Source: Escherichia coli (GTDB lineage: Bacteria; Pseudomonadota; Gammaproteobacteria; Enterobacterales; Enterobacteriaceae). Taken from it: a DNA stretch of 64,000 bases. The number at the start of each line of letters is the position of its first letter. Position 1 is the stretch's first letter. Made by a program: the position numbers and the translations under genes. The stretch lies in assembly GCF_013122565.1 (NCBI RefSeq), contig NZ_CP053258.1; one strand, 5' to 3'. This document shows, in pieces, positions 25,398-36,900 of this stretch. Under the pieces are notes generated by a model. That model was given only the letters and a program-made list of their open reading frames with translations. It was not told where the DNA came from and made no database searches.

Positions 25398-27145
25398 TGC
25401 TAAACGAACGCCAGTTAAAGATTGTCGATCTGCTGGAGCAACAGCCGCGCACGCCTGGCGAGCTGGCGCAACAGACTGGCGTTTCAGGCAGGACCATCCT
25501 GCGTGATATTGACTATCTCAACTTTACCCTTAACGGCAAAGCCCGCATTTCCGCCAGTGGTAACGCGGGCTATCAGTTGGAAATCTTCGAACGCCGCAGC
25601 TTTTTTCAGTTGCTGCAAAAGCACGATAACGACGATCGGCTGCTGGCGCTGTTATTACTGAATACTTTCACTCCCCGCGCGCAACTCGCCTCGGCGCTTA
25701 ATTTGCCAGAAACGTGGGTCGCAGAGCGTCTGCCACGATTAAAGCAACGTTATGAGCGCACTTGCTGCCTGGCCAGTCGCCCCGGTTTGGGCCATTTCAT
25801 TGATGAGACAGAAGAGAAACGCGTTATATTGCTGGCGAACTTGCTGCGCAAAGATCCGTTTTTAATTCCGCTGGCGGGCGTAACACGAGACAACCTTCAG
25901 CATTTATCCACGGCCTGCGACAACCAACACCGCTGGCCGCTGATGCAGGGTGATTATCTCTCCAGCCTGATTCTGGCTATTTACGCCCTGCGTAATCAAC
26001 TGACCGATGAGTGGCCGCAATATCCCGGTAACGAGATAAAACAAATCGTTGAACAGAGCGGCCTGTTTCTTGGTGATAACGCTGTAAGAACCCTGACGGG
26101 TTTGATAGAGAAACAACATCAGCAAGCGCAAATAATTTCTGCCGATAATGTGCAGGGGTTGCTGCAAAGGGTGCCGGGTATCGCGTCATTGAATATTATT
26201 GATACGCAGCTGGTTGAGAACATTACCGGGCATTTATTACGTTGCCTTGCCGCCCCGGTGTGGATTGCTGAGCATCGCCAAAGCAGCATGAATAACCTGA
26301 AAGCCGCCTGGCCTGCGGCCTTTGATATGAGTCTGCACTTTATTACGCTACTGCGTGAACAGCTCGATATTCCCCTTTTCGACAGCGATCTGATCGGTTT
26401 GTATTTTGCCTGTGCGCTGGAACGACATCAAAACGAACGCCAGCCGATCATTTTGCTCTCGGACCAGAACGCGATTGCCACTATTAATCAGCTCGCCATT
26501 GAGCGCGATGTTTTACATTGTCGGGTGATTATTGCCCGTAGCTTAAGCGAACTTGTTGCCATTCGCGAAGAGATTGAGCCGTTATTGATCATTAACAACA
26601 GCCATTATTTACTGGATGACGCGGTAAATAATTACATCACCGTAAAAAATATCATTACGGCTGCCGGTATCGAACAAATAAAACATTTTCTGGCGACGGC
26701 ATTTATTCGCCAGCAACCGGAGCGTTTTTTCTCTGCCCCCGGAAGTTTTCATTATTCGAATGTACGCGGTGAAAGCTGGCAACATATTACCCGGCAAATT
26801 TGTGCGCAATTAGTCGCACAACACCATATTACCGCCGATGAAGCGCAACGGATCATCGCCCGCGAAGGCGAAGGTGAAAACCTGATTGTTAATCGCCTCG
26901 CCATCCCACATTGCTGGAGCGAACAGGAGCGACGTTTTCGTGGATTTTTTATTACCCTCGCCCAACCAGTTGAGGTGAATAACGAAGTCATTAACCATGT
27001 CTTGATCGCCTGCGCCGCCGCCGATGCGCGTCATGAGCTAAAAATATTTAGCTATCTGGCAAGCGTATTGTGTCAGCATCCGGCAGAAGTTATTGCCGGG
27101 TTAACAGGATATGAGGCATTTATGGAGTTACTTCACAAGGGGTGA
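25397..27145 (+). CDS. frvR: frv operon transcriptional regulator (HTH plus PRD/PTS-regulatory domains)
   Basis: 582-aa ORF, TAATG overlap with frvX. Confidence 0.88.
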   Translation: MLNERQLKIVDLLEQQPRTPGELAQQTGVSGRTILRDIDYLNFTLNGKARISASGNAGYQLEIFERRSFFQLLQKHDNDDRLLALLLLNTFTPRAQLASALNLPETWVAERLPRLKQRYERTCCLASRPGLGHFIDETEEKRVILLANLLRKDPFLIPLAGVTRDNLQHLSTACDNQHRWPLMQGDYLSSLILAIYALRNQLTDEWPQYPGNEIKQIVEQSGLFLGDNAVRTLTGLIEKQHQQAQIISADNVQGLLQRVPGIASLNIIDTQLVENITGHLLRCLAAPVWIAEHRQSSMNNLKAAWPAAFDMSLHFITLLREQLDIPLFDSDLIGLYFACALERHQNERQPIILLSDQNAIATINQLAIERDVLHCRVIIARSLSELVAIREEIEPLLIINNSHYLLDDAVNNYITVKNIITAAGIEQIKHFLATAFIRQQPERFFSAPGSFHYSNVRGESWQHITRQICAQLVAQHHITADEAQRIIAREGEGENLIVNRLAIPHCWSEQERRFRGFFITLAQPVEVNNEVINHVLIACAAADARHELKIFSYLASVLCQHPAEVIAGLTGYEAFMELLHKG

Positions 27146-27148
27146 ACT

Positions 27149-27173
27149 GTGTCGGATGCGCCGCATCCGACAC
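27149..27173. terminator. palindromic hairpin between convergent frvR and yiiG
   Basis: tgtcggatgcg-c-cgcatccgaca perfect inverted repeat (REP-like). Confidence 0.5.
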
Positions 27174-27194
27174 TGCATTTATCATCAAAAACGT

Positions 27195-28250
27195 TTAACG
27201 CAGGCTATTATAGTCATCAACCATTTCGTTGTACTCGCGTAACGCGCGTGGAAATGAGTCTTCGACCATCCAGCTTGTGTTTGCATCCTGAAGATGCTCT
27301 TTATCCCAGTCAGAGTACGGGACTTTATCTCTGACGCGGCGAACATATTTTTTAGTCTCGAGTTGATACTGGTCTGCCGAATTAATGAACGAGAAATTCA
27401 TACCGCCTTTATCCGCTTCTTTGGCCTGCGCTACCAGCGTTTCCAGTTCAGAGACTTTCTTCATTGCCGCATCAACATCAAACTTCTCTTGCGATATCAG
27501 GTTATTAATTTGTTTCGCTGAAATCATGACTGCCAGAGAGTAGTAGTGGAATGTTTTCCCTTCTCTTTCTTCAATATTTTTCAGTTCCGCAAGCTGACGC
27601 TTATCGTTAATTTCCTGAATCGCCGCATGATAAGATTCTGCTACAGGTTCAAAGGCTTCCAGATTTTTTAAGAATGTCTGGTGCAGCGTTTTCCCTTTCG
27701 CAAACGCATCGTCTTTATAATTTTCCTGGGTGTAATATTTATCCATTTCGTTAATGGTATTACCCAACGCCACGGCAGCATCGATATAACTCACCGCCAC
27801 GCCATCAATTGGTTGCAGCGCAGGCGTTAACGCCACGACTCTTTTTATTCCTTTTTGACACTCAGAGAGATTGGATTCACTAATGCCGTAAATGCCATAA
27901 ACAAGGCTCTCTCTACCCGTTGGCCCCTGTTTAAAATCTTTCAGCCAGTCAGCGTAACGCGCCAGACTGTTCTGTACAGGAATCTGTAACTTGTTGTAGC
28001 ACTTGATATAGACATCCATTTTTTCGTCGAAAACCGCTTGTTCATCGACCACCGGTTGCGCAGGCGTTTCAGGTTTAACTTCTGCTTTTGCAACGGGAGC
28101 TTCAGTAGGTTTCGCTTCAGGAGCTGGTGCGGCAGGTTGACTATTGGCAGGCGGGGGCGTTTCTGTTTCGGCTTTTTTATCATCACAACCCGTGAGACCG
28201 AGGGACATGATGGCGACTATAATAGCGGAAGATAATAAATTCCTTTTCAT
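27195..28250 (-). CDS. yiiG: DUF3829 lipoprotein YiiG
   Basis: 351-aa ORF with lipobox (…SLGLTGC) and a low-complexity PAxP-rich linker. Confidence 0.85.
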   Translation of the reverse strand: MKRNLLSSAIIVAIMSLGLTGCDDKKAETETPPPANSQPAAPAPEAKPTEAPVAKAEVKPETPAQPVVDEQAVFDEKMDVYIKCYNKLQIPVQNSLARYADWLKDFKQGPTGRESLVYGIYGISESNLSECQKGIKRVVALTPALQPIDGVAVSYIDAAVALGNTINEMDKYYTQENYKDDAFAKGKTLHQTFLKNLEAFEPVAESYHAAIQEINDKRQLAELKNIEEREGKTFHYYSLAVMISAKQINNLISQEKFDVDAAMKKVSELETLVAQAKEADKGGMNFSFINSADQYQLETKKYVRRVRDKVPYSDWDKEHLQDANTSWMVEDSFPRALREYNEMVDDYNSLR

Positions 28251-28444
28251 TTAATTGCCTTATAAATATATAGATAAGAGAGATAATATTTTAAATGAAA
28301 AAATGATCCGTCACTATACACATCTTGCTTATAAACAAACCGAAATTATTCATACCCCAAATAATTCCTGCGACTTAAAATATAAATCGCAGGAAGCTAT
28401 TTTAATTACCCGCTCTACCAGTGGCGCAGGATATAAACTCTCAC

Positions 28445-30751
28445 CTACATTCCATAACGTTCAGAAATAGCAGCATGTTTCTCTTCATTCGCCCCGGCTT
28501 CTTTGGCAAGACGCCACCAGCACAACGGATGTTCCCAGTCAGCGGTCAATTCGTGCAAGGTCTTATCGATATCACCTTTAGAAACTGAACGCGGCGCACT
28601 GATAACAAAGTAGAATGCGGGAAGTGGCTGCGCATCTTCACCCTGATGACTGTCCGTTAACGTATAGTCGTCATTACTGTTGCTCCAGTAGTACCAGTTT
28701 CGTTCGCGGAGCGCCTCACGGAAGGCATTAAACTGTTCTTCACCAGGCATGACACCTTCGCAGAACCAGGACTCGCCGTATTCGGTCGGAATAATGGTTT
28801 GCAGGCAGGCATAAAGTGGCGTGAAATTCTTCTGCTCTTCCTCATCCTCTGGTCGGGAGTTCAACATTTCTGCATCGAATACCACAACTTCATCAACATG
28901 TTGCGGATAATCGGTCCGGTAAGTTGGCTCAATGATCCTTGCTGTTACCGGCCCAATACGTTGAGCATAGTAATAGCGGTATTCATAATTTTCCCGGAAG
29001 CGGATGTTTAACAACCCCCATTTTTCGTCAATAAAACCTTCGCCTTCCGTGAGTTCGATTTCCAGTTCAGCAGCAATAGCACGAACCAAATCCCATTGTT
29101 GCAGGATGCTGGCGGTCGCCATGATATCCCACTGGAGATTTCGAATATCTTCTTCACGGCTAATCATCAGTTGCTGCAATTGCTGTAAATAATCCAGTTG
29201 TCGATCCCAGGCTTCCTGTTTTTGTGCTGCCCAGGAGCACATGCGATAAACGCCAACCCACTCACGCCCTTTTTCGTGTTGCAGCAACTGTTGCCCAATC
29301 GACTCCAGTTCACTCCAGTCTTCCTGTTGGTTGATCACTCGCGCGCGGAACCACAAGGCCATATGTAGCAGCCCCGCCTGTTCATACTGCTTCGCCAGAT
29401 GCTCGATAGTTTGCAAATCGTCACGGTGGAGCAAGAGATCCAACAGATCGAAGCAAAGTCCATTATCTTCCTGAAGATGGCTTTCAACGTAGCGTTGCAG
29501 GAGTTCAATCGATTCATCAATCGCATTGCAGGCGTTTAACGCATTGACCAGCTTGCCCAGCAATTCCGCATCATCAGGCGTGTTCAGATAAGCGCGGCGG
29601 AATGTTTCTACGTCTTTTTCTGGATCTGGCTGCGTTTCTTCATCGCTATTTTCAGGTACTTCTACAACCGGACGAGCCAGCAACTCTGCTTCTTTGGCGG
29701 CTATTTTTTCACTCAGTTCGAGAAATTCGCGATCGACGCCCAGTAACGCGCGTAATTTTGGCATGTGTCGCTGGGCCAGTTTCATCGCTATTTTGGCAAC
29801 CCAGACGGATTCACGCTCCAGCGCCAGGGTAATTTGCAGTTTCGCCAGATCAACCACTTTGCGGTGCGCCCCGGCCTGTGAACGTTGCTCCAGCATTTTC
29901 TGGATGATGCGCGCCAGTTGCCAGTTGTTTCTTTGTGGATGACGGGGAAGTAACACAGTAATGATTTTCAGCCATGACCCCCATGAATGCGGAGTCAGAT
30001 CGGACCAACGCGGTAATTCCTCCCAGACTTCTTCGTCCTGCCCGCATAACGCCATGATGTACAGTTTTTTTAGGTGATTACTAATGCGGTCGCGGCCCCA
30101 GTAATCATTGCTTTCTGTCAGCTCATCAATCAGTTTGCGTGCTTCATCATAACGCTGAAGTTCAATCAGAATATCGGCGCGAGTATAAAGTAATGGATCA
30201 AAATCATCTTCCCCGGCGGCTTTAACCGCGTCGATTTGCCGATCCAGATAAGCCAGTGCCTCCTCTGTTCTTTTGGAATCTATCAGTGCACTGGCATATT
30301 CAGTGGACAAACACTGAAAACAGCTCCAGGTTGCATCAATGCGCGCGATGGTTTCTTCACACACCGCCATGCGTTCATTCGCCCAGCCAGGTGCATCAAT
30401 ATTTTCGTAGCAGGCGGATAAATCCTGGGTAACGCAGATAGATTGCGGGCAATCTTTCGCCTCTTCCCGGTGCGCTTTTTCAAACAGCGCCACCACGTCT
30501 GGCAGTACTTTTTCGCCTTCTTCGCGGTTAGTGAGACGATGGCGCATTTCCCAGTGACCAATAAAAATCTCCAGCCACGGATTTTTTGCCACCTGGGTAA
30601 GCGCTTTTACTTCAGGTAATAGCGAATCGCACTTTTCCATTTGCAGGTGCATAACGCCTTCCGAATAATCATCGATAAGTTGCGGAATATACTCCTGCCC
30701 GGCATCGCGCAACTCCTTAGTATATTTATGGTACCAATCCCATATATCCAT
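28445..30751 (-). CDS. hypothetical 768-aa helical/acidic protein, translationally coupled to upstream Hsp90-like gene
   Basis: ORF MDIWDWYHKYTKELRDAGQEY...; RBS AAGGAAA 6 nt upstream of the ATG, embedded in the end of the upstream gene; 1-nt gap from its stop; no catalytic motif recognised. Confidence 0.8.
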   Translation of the reverse strand: MDIWDWYHKYTKELRDAGQEYIPQLIDDYSEGVMHLQMEKCDSLLPEVKALTQVAKNPWLEIFIGHWEMRHRLTNREEGEKVLPDVVALFEKAHREEAKDCPQSICVTQDLSACYENIDAPGWANERMAVCEETIARIDATWSCFQCLSTEYASALIDSKRTEEALAYLDRQIDAVKAAGEDDFDPLLYTRADILIELQRYDEARKLIDELTESNDYWGRDRISNHLKKLYIMALCGQDEEVWEELPRWSDLTPHSWGSWLKIITVLLPRHPQRNNWQLARIIQKMLEQRSQAGAHRKVVDLAKLQITLALERESVWVAKIAMKLAQRHMPKLRALLGVDREFLELSEKIAAKEAELLARPVVEVPENSDEETQPDPEKDVETFRRAYLNTPDDAELLGKLVNALNACNAIDESIELLQRYVESHLQEDNGLCFDLLDLLLHRDDLQTIEHLAKQYEQAGLLHMALWFRARVINQQEDWSELESIGQQLLQHEKGREWVGVYRMCSWAAQKQEAWDRQLDYLQQLQQLMISREEDIRNLQWDIMATASILQQWDLVRAIAAELEIELTEGEGFIDEKWGLLNIRFRENYEYRYYYAQRIGPVTARIIEPTYRTDYPQHVDEVVVFDAEMLNSRPEDEEEQKNFTPLYACLQTIIPTEYGESWFCEGVMPGEEQFNAFREALRERNWYYWSNSNDDYTLTDSHQGEDAQPLPAFYFVISAPRSVSKGDIDKTLHELTADWEHPLCWWRLAKEAGANEEKHAAISERYGM

Positions 30752-30752
30752 T

Positions 30753-32588
30753 TTATTTTCCTTGATTAATTAAAACGGGAATAACCTGAGTAAAATCTTC
30801 CAGTGCCTGGTGTAAATCCCACTGCTGTTCTTTATTGCCGCTGGAGCACAAAATCACTTTCAGCGATTTTAATAACCGTAATGCTGCCGCTGGCTGTTGA
30901 TGGTGTTGTAAGGCAGTCACCAGTTGCATGACACAGGGGTTATTAAGATTGATATACAGACTTGAGGTTTTCGTTTTTTGGATTTGCGAGGTAAATTGCC
31001 GCGCCAGCATTAACGCTGCGGTACTGATGCGTTTATCTGCGTCATCCTGTTCGAGAATTTGTTTTAATTCTGCTTCCCGGTCTGGCGTGACCACTAACGG
31101 CAAAACGGCGGGTTCGAAGCGGGAGATAATTAATTGCTCGCCATCGCAAAGATGCTCTTCCAGATAAGCCACTTGCTCTTCGGGTAATTCCGCCAGGCTG
31201 AACAATTGCTCATTGCCCGTTTGCGTACCGACTTCGATAATCCGGCAATGATATAACAGCGCCCAACGGCGTAAAAATGGCACCACCGCATAGCGATCGC
31301 CACGGGCTACAGGCCGTTGCAGAATATGGAACAACATCTCTTCAAAACCGCCGTCGCGGCTTAACAGAATATGAATGCTGTTATTAACGCGTAAATCCTT
31401 CGCCAACAGTGCGCCTTTTGACGTTGGCACCTGTAAGCGATCTTTGAGCAAATCAAACAGACGGTCATCACACAATGCCGCGCCCAGCAACGCTTCGTTG
31501 TGGCGCATTAATACACGCCGCCAGATTTCTGGCTGATTTTGTGCGAGATCGGACAAACCAGAAATCAGCGCCTCTTTTAACGCCTCCTGCACCGCAACCC
31601 AGGTTTCATCCCGCTGGAGATCTTCCCTGCTCGCCGTCGGCGTCAGTTTCGATGACTCAATCACGCCACCAATAAATCCGGCCCAGGGCGGTAACAACTC
31701 ACGCGCTTCGTCATCCAGTAACATACCGCGCAAAAACAACGACAGGTTGCGGTTATCGCTGGTGCCGTAGGTTGCGCCATCCTGAATCCATAAAATCCCG
31801 ACCGCGTCGCTCATCCCCGCTGGCACCACCGGAATGGTGCAAATCGGTTCGAAGGAGGATTCAAACTGTGCGGCAAAGGCGAGATTTTTACGCTGCACCA
31901 GCGCGCGGTGCATGGTCACGCCTTCGGGGGCAACTTCACGCCACGGTGGTTGAAGTTTATTTACCGGCTCGCTGGCATCGCCGACATAAACCGGTTCGTG
32001 CAGCAATATGCAGTAGCGGGAAAGAACGCGGTTCAGCAAATTATTACTTGCCAGATGGCTGTACTCTTCTTTGAGCGTCAGAATCACCTGCGTACCCGTT
32101 TCCGAGGACTGATGCGGCGTAACGGTATATTTTTGCCCGTCAGTAGAGTGGTATTTCCAGCTCTGATCCGGCGTTTGCCAGGATGTGGTCAACACCGTGA
32201 CCTCTTTTGCAAGTACAAATGCTGACAAGAAACCAAGGCCGAACATACCAATTAAACCGGTGTTGTCATCCTGCTGGCGCAACATTCGGGTATAACCCAC
32301 GCCCACTGTTGCCAGGAAGCCGTGAATTTCGCTTTCTGTCAAACCCGCACCGGTATCGGTAATGGTGATGGTGGACTTCGCCACGTCTGCCACTACACGA
32401 ATTTGGTTATCCTTTGGCGCATCGGGCTGCTCAATCCTGCGGCGCACGATCGCATCGTGTCCGTTCTGCACCAGCTCGCGCACGGCGACCACGGGCGTAG
32501 AGTAAAGGTGCTTACTGAGCACCTCAATTAAGCCGTTTAAATTAACTTCAGTAGAATATGAACTGCCAGGTAACTGTAATGTACTCAT
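30753..32588 (-). CDS. Hsp90-family (HtpG-like) GHKL ATPase paralog
   Basis: 611-aa ORF with Bergerat-fold motifs (…VRELVQNGHDA… ; …ITDTGAGLT… ; …GMFGLGFLSAF…) mirroring the HtpG N-domain ELISNASDA / DNGIGM / GQFGVGFYSAF; too divergent to be htpG itself. Confidence 0.75.
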   Translation of the reverse strand: MSTLQLPGSSYSTEVNLNGLIEVLSKHLYSTPVVAVRELVQNGHDAIVRRRIEQPDAPKDNQIRVVADVAKSTITITDTGAGLTESEIHGFLATVGVGYTRMLRQQDDNTGLIGMFGLGFLSAFVLAKEVTVLTTSWQTPDQSWKYHSTDGQKYTVTPHQSSETGTQVILTLKEEYSHLASNNLLNRVLSRYCILLHEPVYVGDASEPVNKLQPPWREVAPEGVTMHRALVQRKNLAFAAQFESSFEPICTIPVVPAGMSDAVGILWIQDGATYGTSDNRNLSLFLRGMLLDDEARELLPPWAGFIGGVIESSKLTPTASREDLQRDETWVAVQEALKEALISGLSDLAQNQPEIWRRVLMRHNEALLGAALCDDRLFDLLKDRLQVPTSKGALLAKDLRVNNSIHILLSRDGGFEEMLFHILQRPVARGDRYAVVPFLRRWALLYHCRIIEVGTQTGNEQLFSLAELPEEQVAYLEEHLCDGEQLIISRFEPAVLPLVVTPDREAELKQILEQDDADKRISTAALMLARQFTSQIQKTKTSSLYINLNNPCVMQLVTALQHHQQPAAALRLLKSLKVILCSSGNKEQQWDLHQALEDFTQVIPVLINQGK

Positions 32589-32866
32589 TTTTCAATACTC
32601 ATAATCCATCACCCACTATTGAAAATACATTGCTGTTTTTACAACCGGTGCAAGGTTTGTTATTTGCATTCACTCATCAGAAACATTTATTTATTGATGC
32701 GATGATTAAAACAAAATGTCTTATATAAATAATGATTAATTCTTAAAGGATTAATGCGACCGGAGTATATCGATATAAACCGGAATTAACGAGATAATTT
32801 ATTGTGGTGAAAATATTATTTAAATGCTGAATAATATATTGAGGATTATTTAATAGAAAAATAAAA

Positions 32867-32891
32867 CCGCAATCCAGAATCAGAATTGCGG
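32867..32891 (-). terminator. hairpin downstream of fdhD
   Basis: stem ccgcaat/attgcgg with an 11-nt loop, flanked by T-rich sequence on both strands. Confidence 0.5.
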
Positions 32892-32898
32892 TATTTAT

Positions 32899-33735
32899 TT
32901 AATTATGAATCAAACGCTGCGGATGCGTATAAACCGTCGCCCGACCCGGTTTACAAAAGCCCACCAGCGTCAGATTACAGCGCTCGGCCACTTCCACGGC
33001 AAGTGTGGTCGCGGCAGACACCGCAAACAAAATCTCTACGCCACACATCGCCGACTTTTGCACCATTTCATAACTGGCACGGCTGGAAACCAGTACCGCA
33101 CCTTGCTGCCAGCTTTCCCCTTCTTGTGACCGGCGGCCTAACAGTTTGTCCAGCGCCACATGACGCCCCACGTCTTCATGCCCGCCGACCAGTTCGCCAG
33201 ATGGCAACATCCATGCAGCGGCGTGAGTACAACCAGTCAGTTGCCCCACTGGCTGGAAATCGTTGAGATGACGTAATGCATCATCCAGTTTGTTGAGATC
33301 AAACGTCTGGGTGAACGGTAGCGGCTGCACCGGTTTTCCGATGTCATTAAGTTGCTCCACGCCGCATACACCACAGCCCGTACGTCCCGCCAGCGCCCGG
33401 CGGCGCTCCTTCAACCCCATAAAGCGGCGGCTGGAAAGCTCAATTTGTACTTCAAGACCATTACAGGAAGGAACGACATCCATGCCGAAGATATCGCGCG
33501 GGCTTTCTATAATCCCCTCGGAAAGCGAAAAACCGAGCGCAAAGTACTCAAGGTCTTTGGGCGACGCCATCATCACCACATGCGAAATGCCGTTGTAGAC
33601 CAGCGCAACGGGAACTTCTTCCGCCACCTCATCTAACCGTGGGTGTTGTAAATCATCACGTCGCCATAACACAATTTGACGAACACCTGTGACATTTGTC
33701 ACATTTTCGATTTCTTTTTGCTGTGTTTTTTTCAC
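32899..33735 (-). CDS. fdhD: formate dehydrogenase sulfurtransferase/accessory protein FdhD
   Basis: 278-aa [23 protein letters not shown]... Confidence 0.95.
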   Translation of the reverse strand: MKKTQQKEIENVTNVTGVRQIVLWRRDDLQHPRLDEVAEEVPVALVYNGISHVVMMASPKDLEYFALGFSLSEGIIESPRDIFGMDVVPSCNGLEVQIELSSRRFMGLKERRRALAGRTGCGVCGVEQLNDIGKPVQPLPFTQTFDLNKLDDALRHLNDFQPVGQLTGCTHAAAWMLPSGELVGGHEDVGRHVALDKLLGRRSQEGESWQQGAVLVSSRASYEMVQKSAMCGVEILFAVSAATTLAVEVAERCNLTLVGFCKPGRATVYTHPQRLIHN

Positions 33736-33928
33736 TTTCTATTAACCGGATAAGAACACACACACCAACATTATGGTATTCTGTTACAAACCCTTCCTGG
33801 ATGGAGGGAAATTGAGCCAATTCTGGACCTTTGCGGCCCCTTCCGCAAAGAAAAATAACTCCCACTCCCTGCACACGCAGCAAGCGAATGTAAATGGGAC
33901 GTGACAATGTCGAAACAAGGAGCAATCC

Positions 33929-36900
33929 ATGCAGGTCAGCAGAAGGCAGTTCTTTAAGATCTGCGCTGGCGGTATGGCAGGCACCACGGCAGCGGCACTG
34001 GGTTTTGCACCCAGCGTAGCACTCGCGGAAACCCGGCAGTATAAACTGCTGCGCACCCGCGAAACCCGTAATACCTGCACCTATTGTTCCGTAGGCTGTG
34101 GGCTGTTGATGTACAGCCTCGGTGACGGAGCAAAAAACGCCAAAGCATCTATCTTCCATATCGAAGGCGATCCGGATCACCCGGTCAACCGCGGTGCACT
34201 TTGTCCGAAAGGCGCTGGCCTGGTGGATTTCATCCACTCCGAAAGCCGTCTGAAGTTTCCGGAATACCGTGCGCCAGGTTCTGATAAATGGCAGCAAATC
34301 AGTTGGGAAGAGGCGTTTGATCGCATCGCCAAACTGATGAAAGAAGACCGCGATGCTAACTACATTGCGCAAAACGCCGAAGGCGTGACTGTTAACCGCT
34401 GGCTCTCTACCGGGATGCTGTGTGCTTCCGCATCGAGTAACGAAACCGGCTATTTAACGCAAAAATTCTCCCGCGCGCTGGGTATGCTCGCGGTCGACAA
34501 CCAGGCGCGTGTCTGACACGGACCAACGGTAGCAAGTCTTGCTCCAACATTTGGTCGCGGTGCGATGACCAACCACTGGGTCGACATCAAGAACGCCAAC
34601 CTCGTCGTGGTGATGGGCGGTAATGCCGCTGAAGCTCACCCGGTCGGGTTCCGCTGGGCGATGGAAGCCAAAATTCACAACGGCGCGAAGCTGATTGTGA
34701 TCGATCCTCGCTTTACGCGTACGGCGGCGGTAGCTGACTACTATGCCCCTATTCGTTCCGGTACTGACATTGCTTTCCTGTCAGGCGTATTGCTGTACCT
34801 GCTGAACAATGAAAAATTCAACCGCGAATACACCGAAGCCTATACCAACGCCAGCCTGATCGTGCGTGAGGATTACGGCTTTGAAGATGGCCTGTTCACC
34901 GGCTATGACGCGGAAAAACGCAAGTACGATAAATCCTCCTGGACTTACGAACTGGACGAAAACGGCTTCGCCAAACGCGATACCACGCTGCAACATCCGC
35001 GCTGCGTGTGGAACTTGCTGAAACAGCACGTTTCCCGCTACACGCCAGATGTGGTTGAAAACATCTGTGGTACGCCAAAAGACGCGTTCCTGAAAGTCTG
35101 CGAATACATCGCAGAAACCAGTGCTCACGATAAAACTGCCTCGTTCCTGTATGCCCTCGGCTGGACGCAACACTCCGTTGGTGCGCAAAACATTCGTACG
35201 ATGGCGATGATCCAGCTGCTGCTCGGCAATATGGGGATGGCAGGCGGCGGCGTTAACGCCCTGCGCGGTCACTCCAATATTCAGGGGCTGACGGACCTGG
35301 GGCTGCTGTCGCAGAGCCTGCCAGGTTACATGACGCTGCCAAGCGAGAAGCAGACCGATCTGCAAACCTACCTTACCGCCAACACGCCAAAACCGCTGCT
35401 GGAAGGCCAGGTAAACTACTGGGGCAACTACCCGAAATTCTTCGTCTCTATGATGAAGGCCTTCTTTGGTGATAAAGCGACGGCGGAAAATAGCTGGGGC
35501 TTTGACTGGTTGCCGAAGTGGGATAAAGGCTACGACGTCCTGCAATACTTCGAGATGATGAAAGAAGGCAAGGTCAATGGCTATATCTGCCAGGGCTTTA
35601 ACCCTGTTGCCTCATTCCCGAACAAAAACAAAGTGATCGGTTGTCTGTCGAAACTGAAGTTCCTCGTCACTATCGACCCGCTGAACACTGAAACCTCTAA
35701 CTTCTGGCAGAACCACGGTGAGCTGAACGAAGTTGACTCGTCGAAGATCCAGACCGAAGTGTTCCGTCTGCCATCGACCTGCTTCGCGGAAGAGAACGGT
35801 TCAATCGTTAACTCAGGTCGCTGGTTGCAGTGGCACTGGAAAGGTGCGGACGCCCCGGGGATTGCGCTGACTGACGGCGAGATCCTCTCCGGTATCTTCC
35901 TGCGCTTGCGCAAGATGTATGCCGAACAGGGTGGCGCAAACCCGGATCAGGTGCTGAACATGACCTGGAACTACGCCATTCCGCATGAGCCGAAGTCGGA
36001 AGAAGTGGCGATGGAGAGCAACGGTAAGGCGCTGGCCGATATTACCGATCCGGCAACCGGTGCGGTTATCGTCAAGAAAGGTCAACAACTTAGCTCGTTC
36101 GCCCAACTGCGCGATGACGGTACAACTTCCTGTGGTTGCTGGATTTTCGCCGGTAGCTGGACGCCGGAAGGCAACCAGATGGCACGCCGTGATAACGCCG
36201 ATCCGTCTGGCCTCGGTAACACGCTGGGCTGGGCATGGGCATGGCCGCTTAACCGCCGCATTCTGTATAACCGCGCCTCCGCAGATCCGCAGGGTAACCC
36301 GTGGGATCCGAAGCGTCAGTTGCTGAAATGGGACGGCACTAAGTGGACCGGCTGGGATATTCCGGACTACAGCGCAGCGCCTCCGGGTAGCGGCGTCGGG
36401 CCGTTTATCATGCAGCAGGAAGGCATGGGGCGTCTGTTTGCCCTCGATAAGATGGCGGAAGGTCCGTTCCCGGAACACTACGAGCCGTTTGAAACGCCGC
36501 TGGGAACTAACCCGCTGCATCCAAACGTTATCTCGAACCCGGCTGCACGTATCTTTAAAGACGACGCCGAAGCATTGGGTAAAGCCGATAAGTTCCCGTA
36601 TGTCGGAACCACCTATCGTCTGACCGAGCACTTCCACTACTGGACCAAACACGCGCTGTTGAACGCGATTTTGCAGCCAGAGCAGTTTGTGGAAATCGGT
36701 GAGTCGCTGGCGAATAAACTTGGCATTGCCCAGGGCGATACCGTGAAAGTCTCCTCCAACCGTGGCTATATCAAAGCCAAAGCGGTGGTGACCAAACGTA
36801 TTCGCACGCTGAAAGCGAACGGCAAAGATATCGATACCATCGGTATTCCGATTCACTGGGGCTATGAAGGCGTTGCGAAAAAAGGCTTTATTGCCAATAC

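Noticed and set aside
28445-32588. Interpreting the 611-aa GHKL protein as the housekeeping chaperone htpG
   Set aside because: Only the ATP-binding motifs are conserved; the remainder differs and the locus is not the htpG position, so it is annotated as a paralog of unknown role.
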